64,000 nt of DNA from an uncultured delta proteobacterium. Its GTDB lineage: Bacteria > Desulfobacterota > Binatia > UBA9968. Numbering within the stretch: position 1 is the stretch's first letter; every line of letters starts with the position of its first letter. This document shows positions 20,536 to 31,214 of this stretch, piece after piece. Below the pieces are notes generated by a model. It did no database searches and was not told the origin of the DNA. It saw only the letters and a program-made list of their open reading frames with translations. A program made the position numbers and the translations under genes. The stretch is taken from the NCBI GenBank assembly GCA_963760795.1, contig CAVXEP010000018.1, forward strand, positions 1 to 64,000, read 5' to 3'.

Positions 20536-20923
20536 ATGATCGCCCATGTAGGCATCATCGTCAGCGACATCGAGCGCAGTAAGAAATTTTACACCGCGGC
20601 GCTAAAACCGATCGGCTACCAGATGATCCGCGAGTATGGCGTCACGCCGACGCGGCCGGCCGCCGAGCGCCGGCTTCGGCGAACCGCCGCGCGCCGATCT
20701 GTGGATCTACCAGGGCGATCCCGGCCGCGTCACGACACACATTGCATTTCAAGTGAACCAACGCGCCTTGGTCGATGCCTTCTACGCCGCGGCGATGGCG
20801 GCCGGCGGCAAAGACAATGGTCGGCCGGGACTCCGGCCGCAGTACAGCGCTAACTATTATGGCGCCTTTGTCCTGGATCCGGACGGTTACAATGTCGAAG
20901 CGGTATGTAGAGAGGCGGAGTAA
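20536..20923 (+). CDS. VOC/glyoxalase family protein, frameshift at ~20660
   Basis: HVGIIVSDIERSKKFY...HIAF...AGGKDNGRPGLRPQY...AFVLDPDGYNVEAVC. Confidence 0.88.
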
Positions 20924-20962
20924 CTTGCGCCATCTGCCGGCGCGACCGTTGAAGGTTTGAAC

Positions 20963-21163
20963 TTATTGATCCTGCGCCGCGTACTTGCGATTGGTATTGG
21001 AGTTTCTCGCCAGCCAGTTCTCAATCAACCTGCGTTTGAAGCGCCACTGATTGCCGACTTTGAAAGCCGGTAGATCCTTGTCCGACAGCAGCCGATACAC
21101 GGTAAACTTGTCGACGTTTAAATATTCAGCGACCTGTTCCAGGGTCAGTAGCTGCTCGGGCAT
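20963..21163 (-). CDS. Excisionase-family helix-turn-helix DNA-binding protein
   Basis: LLTLEQVAEYLNV...TVYRL...LPAFKVGNQWRF (HTH_17 pattern). Confidence 0.88.
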   Translation of the reverse strand: MPEQLLTLEQVAEYLNVDKFTVYRLLSDKDLPAFKVGNQWRFKRRLIENWLARNSNTNRKYAAQDQ

Positions 21164-21377
21164 TATGCGCGTCCTCGAAGATTGCTTAGTCTCCTATCAA
21201 AGCCATCCGATGTCATTCATAGAAAAGAGCGGACATTTTGGCGACCAGTTTAATATTTCAATGCGGGGGGAATAGCAAGAGCACCATAGCCCCTGTTTGA
21301 AGCTGGAAATGACCGCGCCGTGCGGGTTATAAGCCGGTTCTCGCCCGGCAACAATCCCCGCGGGCCCGTCAGCCGGA

Positions 21378-21722
21378 TTACTTCGCCGCGCAAACAGTGA
21401 TCTCGACCATGGTTCCCGGCGTCAGGACGGCGCCCACGGCGGTCCGTGTCGGTAAATTTCCACGATCGACCCACGCCATCCAGGCCTCGTTCATCGCGTC
21501 TTTGAGCGCCGCATCCTGCATGTAAACGGTCACGCTCAAGATGCGCGATTTACTGGTACCCGCCTGCGCCAACACGGCATCGATCTTTTTCAACACCTGC
21601 GCCGTTTGCCCCTTCATGTCGAGCGACTTGTCGTCGGCGACCATGCCGGAGCAAAACACTAGATCGCCGAACACCGCGGCATTGCAGTTCCATTCGCGCG
21701 GATTGATTCGTTGAATGTCCAT
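21378..21722 (-). CDS. RidA/YjgF family protein
   Basis: SGMVA, QTAQVLKKID, MNEAW, PTRTAV, VEI motifs. Confidence 0.9.
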   Translation of the reverse strand: MDIQRINPREWNCNAAVFGDLVFCSGMVADDKSLDMKGQTAQVLKKIDAVLAQAGTSKSRILSVTVYMQDAALKDAMNEAWMAWVDRGNLPTRTAVGAVLTPGTMVEITVCAAK

Positions 21723-21745
21723 ATATCTACCCTCCCAAGCTAAGA

Positions 21746-21883
21746 GAGCAACCACAGGAGGTTGCCCCTACAAGTCTGAATCTACTTCGCATTGCAAATC
21801 AAAATTTATGCTCTCTGCACAAGTTGTGTCGTCGGGCGATCACCGCTCCGCCACCCCAGGGGGCGTATGCCATACACCCCTAC
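21746..21883. repeat. Two GTAG-type REP-like palindromes
   Basis: gagcaaccacaggaggttgcccctac and gggcgtatgccatacacccctac (GTAGGGG on the minus strand). Confidence 0.65.
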
Positions 21884-21955
21884 ATTCGGATTTTCTCTTG
21901 GAATCTATTTTGCGCCCTTTGCGTTCTCTGCGGCCAATCCTCCGAATCTTTATTT

Positions 21956-23341
21956 CTAGATCGCCGGCCGCTTCTCATACCATTTCATCTGCTGCTGATA
22001 GGTGTAGCCGGCGCGCAGCACCGTGACTTCGTCAAACGGCCGGCCGACGATTTGCAGGGCAATCGGTAAATTATTTTCTGAGAAGCCGCAGGGCACCGAC
22101 AGGGTCGGCAGACCGGTGAGGTTAAACGGCCCGTGGAATTCCGGCACCACATGCTTGAAGAGCGTGTCAATCGGTCCGACATCTTCGACCCGCGGCGCCG
22201 GACCGTTTTGGTTGGGCAGCGCCAGGCAATCGACTTTCTCAAACACCTGCGCCAACTCGGCGCGGCAGCGGCTGCGGATGCGTTGCGCCTGAATGTAGTC
22301 GGAGGAATTGGTCAATAGGCCGAGATAAATCCGCGCCCGCCGCTGCGCCGCCCCGGTTTCCAATACCGACGCCGCTGCACCGCGGTTGGCCGCCCAGAAT
22401 TCATTGTAATAGATCACCGCGTTGGCGATGGTGGCAAGATGGAGCGTCGGCACTTTGACTTCTTCGATGCGCGCGCCGAGGGCTTTGAGCTGGGCGATCG
22501 CTTCGTCGACGCGGCGCAGGACCACGGCATCGGTGCGCGGCGCGCATTCATCGATATAGTCGCGCGGCACGCCGATGACCATGCCTTTCACGTCTCCTTT
22601 CAAAGCGCTGGTATAATCGACCACCGGCTGGGCACTCGATGTCGGATCTTTGGCATCGTGACCGGCTAGAGCGTTGAGCATGTGCGCCAGATCTTCCACC
22701 GCGCGCGCCATCGGCCCGCAGTGATCGAGCGACCAGCTGAGCGGCGCCAGGCCATGCCGGCTGACCCGCCCATAGGTCGCTTTGAGTCCGGCGATGCCGC
22801 AGAACGCCGACGGATTACGAATCGAACCGGCGGTGTCTTCGCCAAGGGAACCCAGGCATAAACCGCCGGCCACCGCGGCGCCGGAACCGGTGCTCGAGCC
22901 GCCGGTAATATGATCGGTGTTCCACGGATTGCGCGGCAGCGGCAACTCCTCGCCCGGCATACTGCTCATGTGCAATTTACCCAACAGCACCGCGCCCGCC
23001 TCGCGCAACTTGCGCACCGGCGTGGCGTCACCTACACCTTGGGTAAATTGCCGCACCCGCGCCGGCGCGCCCTCGACATCGAGCTGGTCTTTCACTGCGA
23101 AGGGAATGCCATGCATCGGACCGCGCCAGTTGCCTTTGGCGATCTCCGCTTCAGCCGCGCGCGCCGCGTCCATGGCGCTGTCGGCCATTAAATTAATATA
23201 GGCGTGCAGCCTGCCGTCGACCGCGGCAATGCGGTCGAGCACCGACTTGGTCAGTTCCACCGGCGAGAGCTTGCGCTCGCGAATCAGTTGCTGCGCTTCA
23301 TGAATGGTTAAATAGTAAAGCGGTTTTTCGGCGACGGCCAT
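21956..23341 (-). CDS. Amidase (amidase-signature family, GatA/AtzE-like)
   Basis: GIPFAVKD, GGSSTGSG, DTAGSIRNPS (Ser-cisSer-Lys triad). Confidence 0.92.
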   Translation of the reverse strand: MAVAEKPLYYLTIHEAQQLIRERKLSPVELTKSVLDRIAAVDGRLHAYINLMADSAMDAARAAEAEIAKGNWRGPMHGIPFAVKDQLDVEGAPARVRQFTQGVGDATPVRKLREAGAVLLGKLHMSSMPGEELPLPRNPWNTDHITGGSSTGSGAAVAGGLCLGSLGEDTAGSIRNPSAFCGIAGLKATYGRVSRHGLAPLSWSLDHCGPMARAVEDLAHMLNALAGHDAKDPTSSAQPVVDYTSALKGDVKGMVIGVPRDYIDECAPRTDAVVLRRVDEAIAQLKALGARIEEVKVPTLHLATIANAVIYYNEFWAANRGAAASVLETGAAQRRARIYLGLLTNSSDYIQAQRIRSRCRAELAQVFEKVDCLALPNQNGPAPRVEDVGPIDTLFKHVVPEFHGPFNLTGLPTLSVPCGFSENNLPIALQIVGRPFDEVTVLRAGYTYQQQMKWYEKRPAI

Positions 23342-23482
23342 GGCGAGTCTCCCTTCTTTTCTTTTACGCGTTACTGCCAAGCGAAGACGATATCCCTCGT
23401 TTCCCTCGGATTGACAGCCGCGGCGGCAGTCGCCGCTCCTCTCTGTCATTTCGAACGCAGCGAGAAATCTCGTCTTAACGCT

Positions 23483-23668
23483 TCATTTCCACTCAGGTCG
23501 AAACACCGGACCCAACTCCTCGGAACCGAGATTCACCGAGTGCAGCTGTTTCAGATTTCCCATATACAGCTCGATGATATCGCTAAACTGCTCCAGATCG
23601 CCGGCTTTCGGTTCCAAGCCTTCGCGTTGGAGCACCGCTTTCAAATTCGCTTCGATCAATTTATCCAT
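23483..23668 (-). CDS. Small protein, possible GatC/AtzG-like amidase partner
   Basis: 61 aa, GGAG RBS, upstream of the amidase, ends in ELGPVFRP. Confidence 0.6.
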   Translation of the reverse strand: MDKLIEANLKAVLQREGLEPKAGDLEQFSDIIELYMGNLKQLHSVNLGSEELGPVFRPEWK

Positions 23669-23681
23669 CTCTCACTCCTCT

Positions 23682-24263
23682 TTAAGGTTTAGCCTCGGAA
23701 GCCGCAGCGCCCGGGACCACTGGCAACGGCACCTGATTTTTTACCGGCGGCAGACTGCGTAGATAAGCGAACATTGCTTGCAAATCCTCATCGGTCATCG
23801 CTTTGAAGGATTCCCACGGCATCGGCGGTAAAATGTCACGGCCATTGGCTTGGCCTTGATGCTTGCCCGTGCGCATCGCTCGAACGAAGTTTTCCTCGCT
23901 CCACTCGGCGATACCGGTCTCTTTGTCCGGTGTCAGATTGGCTGCGAAACTGACACCCCACGGGCCGGCCCATGCGGTCAACATCGGATTGGTCAACGCC
24001 AGCGCGTTGCGTTGTTTCATGTCTTCGGGCGTCCAAGTTGGATAGGCCGCCTTCTCCGGATGGCCGGACAACAAAAGTTTCTCATCCAACGCCGGTTTAC
24101 CGCCCGGCCCTTCGGCTTTCGGCGAGTGACAATCATGACAACCGGTAATCGTCACCAAATACTTGCCACGCTCCACCGGTGTCTGCGCGACCGGCCTTTT
24201 TTCCGCACATCCGACGACGGAGAATAAAGCGCCGAGTAAAAGTAATTTTCCGCGGATAGTCAT
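23682..24263 (-). CDS. Cytochrome c lipoprotein
   Basis: VVGC lipobox, CHDCH heme motif, ANLTPD.ETGI..W, PPMPW. Confidence 0.88.
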   Translation of the reverse strand: MTIRGKLLLLGALFSVVGCAEKRPVAQTPVERGKYLVTITGCHDCHSPKAEGPGGKPALDEKLLLSGHPEKAAYPTWTPEDMKQRNALALTNPMLTAWAGPWGVSFAANLTPDKETGIAEWSEENFVRAMRTGKHQGQANGRDILPPMPWESFKAMTDEDLQAMFAYLRSLPPVKNQVPLPVVPGAAASEAKP

Positions 24264-24415
24264 CGCCCCCAGTATTCCACTGCTGATCATTAAAATTCGG
24301 CGTCCCGTGCACAAACTTTGTTTCCAGATAAAGTTTTTTTGCACCCTTTGTGCGTTCTTTGCGATTATCTTCCGATTCCGAGTCTCGTCCTTGCTTGCCG
24401 TTCCGCTGCCCCGGA

Positions 24416-26215
24416 TTACCGCGGCTGCGTGAACACATCGACGACCACCGGCTTGCCGCTATCGACAAGTTCGATCGCTTTGTCGAGGATCGGGCCCAGC
24501 TCACCCGGCTCGGTGACCGGACCGAAGGCGTCGACATTGAACGCACTGGCGATGGTCACCAGGTCCGGCACCGGATCTTCGATGCGGATGCCGATGCCTT
24601 TGTTTTCCACCGGCCGTTTGCGCGCCCGCGCCATGCGTTCCTGATGCTCTTCGTCGTTGTAGTAGGAGTGATTGTTGAGCACAATCACCAGCAGCGGGAT
24701 CTGATACTTCGCCGCGGTCCACAGGGCGTTGGAGGTCATGAGAAAATCGCCGTCGCCCAATATGCTCACGCATAAACGGCCGCTGCCTTTGAAACCGAGC
24801 GCCGAACCGATCGACGATGGCAGACCGTAACCGACGCCGCCGCCGCGACCGCCGCCCATGCCGTGGGCCGGCTCGCTGACCTCGATGACTTCGCGCCAGC
24901 GCCGCCCGTGGGCCGAAACCAGCGCCCAGGCTTTGCCCTGCACTCGCTTGTTGATCTCGCTAAAAAAGCGCGCTTGCGAGATCGGCTTTTCATCCCAAGT
25001 TTTCTTAATCCACTCTTCGCTCTTCTTGCGGGTCTCGCGATAGATCCCCTCGACCTTGGCGCGCCGATCCGCCACTTGTTTGGCAGAGTTGGGGTCGGCG
25101 GCCAAACGCTCGCGCACTTGTTCGAGCAAGGGCGGCAGCGCCACAGCCGTGTCCGCCGCGATCGGCACATGCACCGGCAAGAGCCACATGTTATCGCTCA
25201 CCCAGCTCTGCCGTTCGAGATCGAGCAAGGTTATGTGAATGACTTTGCACGACGGCGCGATGATCGGCGCGAAGTTACCGCGCTCGCGCATTGACGGTCC
25301 CAGCGGCACGCCCAGGCTCGGCACATCGAGCGCCAATACCACATCGGCGTTTTGCAGTGCCTCTTCGCGCGCGTTGGTGAGATTCAACGGATGGGTACTG
25401 GGAAAAGCGTATCGCCCATCGGAGTCCACCACCGGCGCGCCCAGGGCTTCAGCCAAATCGAGCATCGGCGGCAAAGATTTGGCATTGCGCGCTAACTCGC
25501 CGGCGACGATTACCGGCCATTGCGCCTCGGCGAGAAAACGCGCGGCAGTTTTCAGAGACTCCGGATTAGCCCCTGGCCCCGCCGGCGGCCGAAACAGCTG
25601 CGCGTGCGGCACTATCATCGGCTTGTCGATCTTGGCTTCCTGGACATCGCTGTCGAGACAGATATAGACAGGCCCCTTCGGTTCGGTCATGGCGAAGCGA
25701 TAGGCTTTCAAAAACGACTCGGCCACACCGTCCACGGTGCTCGGCTGATCGTCGAACTTGACGTAGTCGCGCACCGCCAAGCCTTGCACCAACGCGGTAT
25801 GCACCCAGTCGGTGGAGCGCCGCTGGGTGGTATCCTGCGGCCCGCCGCCGCCGAGATTCAAGATCGGCGTGCGGTCGCACCAGGCGTTGAAGATCGCCAT
25901 GCTGGCGTGCTGCAAGCCGACGACGTTGTGCAAACCGGTCGCCATGATTTCGCCGGTAGCCCGCGCATAACCATTGGCGATCGCCACGGCGATCTCTTCA
26001 TGGGTGCACATGATCATCTCTGGGCCCTTTTCCGGCTCGAAGTTGACCATGGAATCATGGAAGCCGCGATAGCTCGCCCCCGGATTGAGCGCGATGTACT
26101 TGATGCCCAATTCGCGCAACACTTCGACCATCAAATCCGAACCATATTGAGCATTACTCTTCCGGCCGATGCCCGCCGACCAAACTTCTCCGCCACCTTT
26201 AGGTGCCTCTGCCAT
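24416..26215 (-). CDS. Thiamine pyrophosphate-binding enzyme (acetolactate synthase/benzoylformate decarboxylase-like)
   Basis: NPGASYRG, THEE, GDGDFLM...NN TPP-binding motif. Confidence 0.92.
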   Translation of the reverse strand: MAEAPKGGGEVWSAGIGRKSNAQYGSDLMVEVLRELGIKYIALNPGASYRGFHDSMVNFEPEKGPEMIMCTHEEIAVAIANGYARATGEIMATGLHNVVGLQHASMAIFNAWCDRTPILNLGGGGPQDTTQRRSTDWVHTALVQGLAVRDYVKFDDQPSTVDGVAESFLKAYRFAMTEPKGPVYICLDSDVQEAKIDKPMIVPHAQLFRPPAGPGANPESLKTAARFLAEAQWPVIVAGELARNAKSLPPMLDLAEALGAPVVDSDGRYAFPSTHPLNLTNAREEALQNADVVLALDVPSLGVPLGPSMRERGNFAPIIAPSCKVIHITLLDLERQSWVSDNMWLLPVHVPIAADTAVALPPLLEQVRERLAADPNSAKQVADRRAKVEGIYRETRKKSEEWIKKTWDEKPISQARFFSEINKRVQGKAWALVSAHGRRWREVIEVSEPAHGMGGGRGGGVGYGLPSSIGSALGFKGSGRLCVSILGDGDFLMTSNALWTAAKYQIPLLVIVLNNHSYYNDEEHQERMARARKRPVENKGIGIRIEDPVPDLVTIASAFNVDAFGPVTEPGELGPILDKAIELVDSGKPVVVDVFTQPR

Positions 26216-26270
26216 AGTTCCTCCGTTGTTAGAATTGCGAATTGATTAATTTTTTCGAAACTAATTTTTT

Positions 26271-26347
26271 ACCACGAAGGACACGAAGAGCACGAAGTTC
26301 GGAATAATATTTCTCCGAAACCTTCGTGTCCTTCGTGCCTTCGTGGT
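26271..26347. repeat. Nonamer-based inverted repeat (CACGAAGNN)x3 / (CTTCGTGNN)x3
   Basis: Read directly; forms a long hairpin between co-oriented genes. Confidence 0.9.
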
Positions 26348-26360
26348 GAGTCCTCTTCTC

Positions 26361-27323
26361 TTACCTTCCCAATCGATCCAGCGTCTCGACGTAATCCTTC
26401 ACGCCCTGCTCGACGGTGTACGCCGGTTCGTAGCCGATATTGCGCTGCGCCGCCGAGATATCGAAGATGCAGTAGCTCTGCTTGCTTCTACCGAGCTTGC
26501 TCGGCCCAGGCCCGAGCTCGATCTTGTGATTGGGAAACAGCTTTGCCGCGGCGTTCAAAAAATCTCTCGGCGTCCACGCCTTGCCGGTGCCGATATTGAA
26601 CGTCCACTCCTTGGGCACCGGCGCTTTGAGCGCAAGGTAGACCGAGCGGCCGACATCGCCGACATAGACCGCGTCGTTCAACTGATCGCCGCCCTCGGGG
26701 ATCACCCACTTCGCCCCTTCGCGCGCTCGCTCGATCAATTGGCCGTAGAACGACAGCGGCCCATGGCGCGCTTCTTTCCCCGGTCCGTAGATCGACACGA
26801 AGCGCAGGGCGATGAACTCGATGCCATAGGTCTCGCGATAGTAGCGGCCCAGCTCCTCGCAGCCGACTTTCATCGAGCCATAAAGATCGGCGGGAATCTT
26901 GCGGTAATCTTCGCGCAGCGGTTTGTAGTTCGGCGGCCCTTCCGCGCCGTTGATCTCGCCGTACACTGCTTTGGAACTGGTATAAACCACGCGCTTGATC
27001 CCCTTGGCGCGCGCCACTTCGAGCACATTGATGGTCCCGTCGAGACTGACCCTGACCCCGAGCCGCGGATTGGCCTCGGCCCCTTCCGGCATCAGCGCCG
27101 CCAGATGAGCGATGTGCGTGACTTTGTGATCATCGACGGCTTTTTCCAGTGCCGCCTGATCGCAGACGTCGCCGGTGACGATGTCGACCTGATTCTTGAT
27201 ATCCTCGATCAAGGTGTAGTCGACACGGTTGTCCATGAGCAGCGGGCGCAGACCGTCGCGCACCATCAAACGCGCCGTCACGGCGCCGTTGACGCCCATG
27301 CCGCCGGTGATCAAATACTTCAT
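26361..27323 (-). CDS. NAD-dependent epimerase/dehydratase
   Basis: ITGGMGVNG, TSSKAVYG, YGSMK (YxxxK). Confidence 0.9.
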   Translation of the reverse strand: MKYLITGGMGVNGAVTARLMVRDGLRPLLMDNRVDYTLIEDIKNQVDIVTGDVCDQAALEKAVDDHKVTHIAHLAALMPEGAEANPRLGVRVSLDGTINVLEVARAKGIKRVVYTSSKAVYGEINGAEGPPNYKPLREDYRKIPADLYGSMKVGCEELGRYYRETYGIEFIALRFVSIYGPGKEARHGPLSFYGQLIERAREGAKWVIPEGGDQLNDAVYVGDVGRSVYLALKAPVPKEWTFNIGTGKAWTPRDFLNAAAKLFPNHKIELGPGPSKLGRSKQSYCIFDISAAQRNIGYEPAYTVEQGVKDYVETLDRLGR

Positions 27324-29366
27324 CGCCTCGCTCCTCCGTGCAACAACAGATTGCCCCCGTCATCCACCGCCATCCGCCAACCGGGCTCGGCGACGACAGT
27401 CGATGTCTTCTCTTCTATTATCACCGGGCCATCTATTGCAAAGCCCGGCGGCAACTTTTCCCGCTCAAATACCGGCGTCAAATGGCTTCCAGCCAAGAAC
27501 ATCACATTGCGGCGCTCGCGCGGTTGGACATTGGCGACGCCAGCCGAGAGCTTAACACTGCACGGCTTGCCCAAAGAGTACGACGCACTCACGCGCAGGT
27601 TGACGATCTCGATTTGCTCGGCGTCGGCGCGGTGACCGTAGCGCCGCTCATGCACCCGGCCGAAATCGTCGGCGATTTTTTCGATCGCCAATTCGCTAGC
27701 GCCATGAGCGATCGGCACGGTCAGTTCATAGGCCTGACCGCGATAGCGCAGGTCGAGCAGCCAGCGCACCTCGATGCGCTCGTCCAATGCGCCTTGGCCA
27801 CAGAGTTCCCGGCGGGCTTCGCCTTCCAGCTTGGCCAACTCAGCGGTGACAGCCAAAAGATTGCGCGGATTGAGCAGCATCAATCTGGTAATCACCAAAT
27901 CGTAACGCAGGTCGGACAGCAGCATGCCATAGGCGCTAAAGTTGCCGGGATTGGGCGGCACGATCACCTCGCGAATGCCCAATGCTGCGGCCACAGCGGT
28001 GCCGACCGTCGGCCCCATGCCGCCGAAAGCGACTAGACTGAACTCGCGCGGATCGAAACCGCGCTCGACGGTGAGCGTGCGCATGGTCGAGACCACGTTG
28101 GCGACCAATACGCGCTCGATGCCCAGGGCCGAGTCTTGCACCGACAAGTTCAACGGCCCGGCGATGACCGACTGAATCGCCCGCGTCGATAGCTGCCGAT
28201 CGATCGCCATCCCGCCGCCGAGCAGCACCGACGGATTGAGCTGACCCAACTCAACCAGCGCATCGGTCAAGGTCGGCTCGGTGCCGCCGCGCATATAGCA
28301 GGCCGGCCCAGGATTGGCGCCGGCGCTTTGCGGACCGACTTGCAGCACGCTGCCGTAACGCACCCTGGCGATGCTCCCGCCGCCGGCGCCGATGCTGTCG
28401 ACTTCGACGGAATCGACGCGCACCGGGTGACGGCCGATGGCCCACTCGGAGCGAAACAGCGGCGCGCCGGGAATCAGCGAGACATCGCAACTGGTGCCGC
28501 CGACATCGAGGCCGAGCACATTCTTCCGGCCCAGACTCTGACCAAGCTCATGGGCGGCCACCACGCCGGCCACCGGCCCCGACATCAAGGTGTGAATCGG
28601 AAAGCGGCCGAGAAACGACGGCGTACCGACACCGCCGCTCGACTTCATGACCAAGGGATAAGCGTTGCGCAGGCGCTTTTTAACCGATTGCTCCAAGCTG
28701 CGACAGATAGCGACCCATTTGCGGCCCGACATAGCTATTGATCACCGTCGAACAGGTGCGTTCGTACTCGCGCCACAAGGGATTCACTTCGGAGGATAAT
28801 GAGATATAGAGATTGGGAAATCGTCGGCGCACATGCTCGGCCACTTGGCGCTCATGCGCCGGATTGGCGTAGGAATGGAGCAAGACGATCGCCAATGCTT
28901 CGATGCCTTGGCCAGCCAGTTCATCGATGGCACGATCCACTGTCGACAAATCCAGCGGCACCAGCACGTTGCCTTGGAAGTCCACCCGCTCGCGCACCTG
29001 GCCGATGCGCCGGCGCGGAATGAACCGCGTCGCGCCGGGATAGAGGATGTTCATCACCTCGTCACCCTTCCATTGGCGCGCCACTTCGTAAACGTCGCGA
29101 AAGCCTTCGGTCACGAGCAAGCCGGTGACCGCGCCCTTTTCTTCGAGGATCGCGTTAAGCGCATGGGTCGAGCCATGGAGCAAATAAGACACAGCCTCGG
29201 CGCCCCACTGGGAACTCAGTTCTTCAAGGACATGATCGAAGACTTCGATCTGCCGCTGCGGATTGGACGGAACCTTTTTTACTTCCCTGATCTCACCGCT
29301 CGCTTCATCGAGAACGGTGATATCGGTAAAAGTCCCGCCGACGTCGATACCTACACGTAGGCTCAT
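27320..29366 (-). CDS. Hydantoinase/oxoprolinase subunit A, frameshift at ~28700
   Basis: GIDVGGTFTD, EYERT, SGPVAG, DVGGTSCD, GAGGGS, GPACY..GG..PT.TDA. Confidence 0.9.
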
Positions 29367-29406
29367 TGCATCTCTTTAACTCATGATATGCGCGAGATTC
29401 AGCTTC

Positions 29407-31125
29407 TCACGAGCGTAATCGCTTGGTCTCTTTCTCATCCACTTTCGGCGGCCAACCATCAACGACGACGCCGTAAACTTCCCGCGCCGTCTCTTTGCTG
29501 ATGTAACCGTTCCAGACATCCTCCAACACCTGCTCCACCGGCCGCTCATGCGGCTTGCCCCTGCCGCCGCCGCCGCCGTACTGCACGGAAAACACATCAC
29601 CTTTTCTCAGCAGCAACTTGGAAACCTTCGAGCGCTGCGGTTTGGCGTGAGCTGAATCCGGATTCAACGCAGCCGATGATGGCCGCGCCGCACCGCCGCC
29701 GCCGATGCCCGGCGCGGCATGGAGAAAGCGATCGCTGCGCAAATTCACCGTTGCCTCCTCGCAGAGCATCTCCCAATCCCGCCGGATACCCATGCCGCCG
29801 CGGTACCGTCCGGCGCCCCCCGACTGCTCGTGCAGTTGGTAGCGGCGAATGCGGATCGGAAATTCCGCTTCGACCATCTCCACCGGCGTGTTCATGACGT
29901 TGACGACGAAGGAATCGAGCACGCTGACACCGTCCGAGCGCGGCCGCGCGCCGGCGCCACCGCGGCAGATGTCATAGAGCGAAAACCACCGGCCATCGCG
30001 GTCGTCACGGCCGGAGAACGAACAAGAGCCGCCCGCGCCGCTATCCGGGGCGCCGACCCGATCCGGCACCGCATCGGCCAGCACCATACCGACCACGGAA
30101 TTGAGAATCTGGCTCGGCCGCACATACATGTTGACCGCCGCCGGGTAGCGCGGATTCAAGATCGTCCCCTCCGGCGGAAAGGTGATATGAATCGGCCGCG
30201 AGATTCCTTCGTTGAGCGGCAGGTCCGGGCAAAGCGCCGCGCTGATGAAACTGTTCAGCAAATACTTCGCCACACAGGGTCGCAAGTTGATCGGGCCGCG
30301 CGCCTGCGGCGATGCTTCGAGATCGACAAACAACTCATCCCCCCGCACCGTCATCTTGGCAGCGATGCGAAACTCGCGCTCGAACTCGATGGCGTCGTCG
30401 TCGAGAAAATCCTCGTAGGGGCCGTAGACGCCGTCGGGAATTTTTGCGATCTCTTTTCTCAACTCCTGCTCGCAGATATCCATCCAGCGCTGCCAGCAGC
30501 CCAGCACTTCTTCCTTGCCGTAGGTTTCGAACAGTTCGTTGAGTTTTTTGATGCCGTAGAAATTGGTCTGCGCCTGAGCCTGAATATCGCCCCAGGTCAC
30601 TTCCGGCGTGCGCGTGTTGGCCCAGATGATCTCTTTGATATCTTCGTTGACCCGCTCGTCGCGATACAAACGCAGCGCCGGCAGGAGCAAGCCTTCCTGC
30701 ATCAAGTCGGTGGCGTCGGGAGAATTGGTCCCGGGCACCTTGCCGCCGAGGTCCGGCTTGTGCGCCGTGTTGCCCACCATCGCCGCCAGCTCGCCGCGAA
30801 AAAATACCGGCGAGACGATGGTCACGTCGGTGGCGTGATTCTGACAGGCCTGGTACGGGTGATTGAGCACGTAGGCATCGCCCGGCGCCATGCGGTCTTT
30901 GAACTTTCGCAGCACCTCTTGGGTCTGCGCCGAGATACCGCCGATATGCAGCGGCTGCGGCACCCCCTGGGCCACCATGCGCCCGTGACCGTCAAGGATC
31001 GAAAAGGTGAAGTCCTGGCTCTCCTTGATCACCGACGAGTAGCCGGTGCGCAGCATGTTGAGCGACAGCTCCTTGGCAATCTGTATGGTCGCCCGGTAGA
31101 CGACTTCCATTTGTATCGGATCCAT
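29407..31125 (-). CDS. Hydantoinase B/oxoprolinase subunit B
   Basis: NHPY, HATD, HKPDLGG, NTPVEMVE..FP, GAGRYRGG, GGGGRG.P. Confidence 0.92.
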   Translation of the reverse strand: MDPIQMEVVYRATIQIAKELSLNMLRTGYSSVIKESQDFTFSILDGHGRMVAQGVPQPLHIGGISAQTQEVLRKFKDRMAPGDAYVLNHPYQACQNHATDVTIVSPVFFRGELAAMVGNTAHKPDLGGKVPGTNSPDATDLMQEGLLLPALRLYRDERVNEDIKEIIWANTRTPEVTWGDIQAQAQTNFYGIKKLNELFETYGKEEVLGCWQRWMDICEQELRKEIAKIPDGVYGPYEDFLDDDAIEFEREFRIAAKMTVRGDELFVDLEASPQARGPINLRPCVAKYLLNSFISAALCPDLPLNEGISRPIHITFPPEGTILNPRYPAAVNMYVRPSQILNSVVGMVLADAVPDRVGAPDSGAGGSCSFSGRDDRDGRWFSLYDICRGGAGARPRSDGVSVLDSFVVNVMNTPVEMVEAEFPIRIRRYQLHEQSGGAGRYRGGMGIRRDWEMLCEEATVNLRSDRFLHAAPGIGGGGAARPSSAALNPDSAHAKPQRSKVSKLLLRKGDVFSVQYGGGGGRGKPHERPVEQVLEDVWNGYISKETAREVYGVVVDGWPPKVDEKETKRLRS

Positions 31126-31214
31126 AATTACAACCGAAGCGGTTCAAATCGTTTAACCGCTACGCTCCGTTCAAAACGTTCAAACCGTTTTAGCTGCGAC
31201 GGAAGGTCGTCGAG

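Noticed and set aside
20963-21163. Excisionase-like gene as a prophage or ICE marker
   Set aside because: No integrase, att site or phage genes nearby; solitary HTH_17 genes are common
27320-29366. Programmed frameshift or true pseudogene in hydantoinase A and other split genes
   Set aside because: No consistent slippery motif, and indels are scattered across many unrelated genes, consistent with sequencing error
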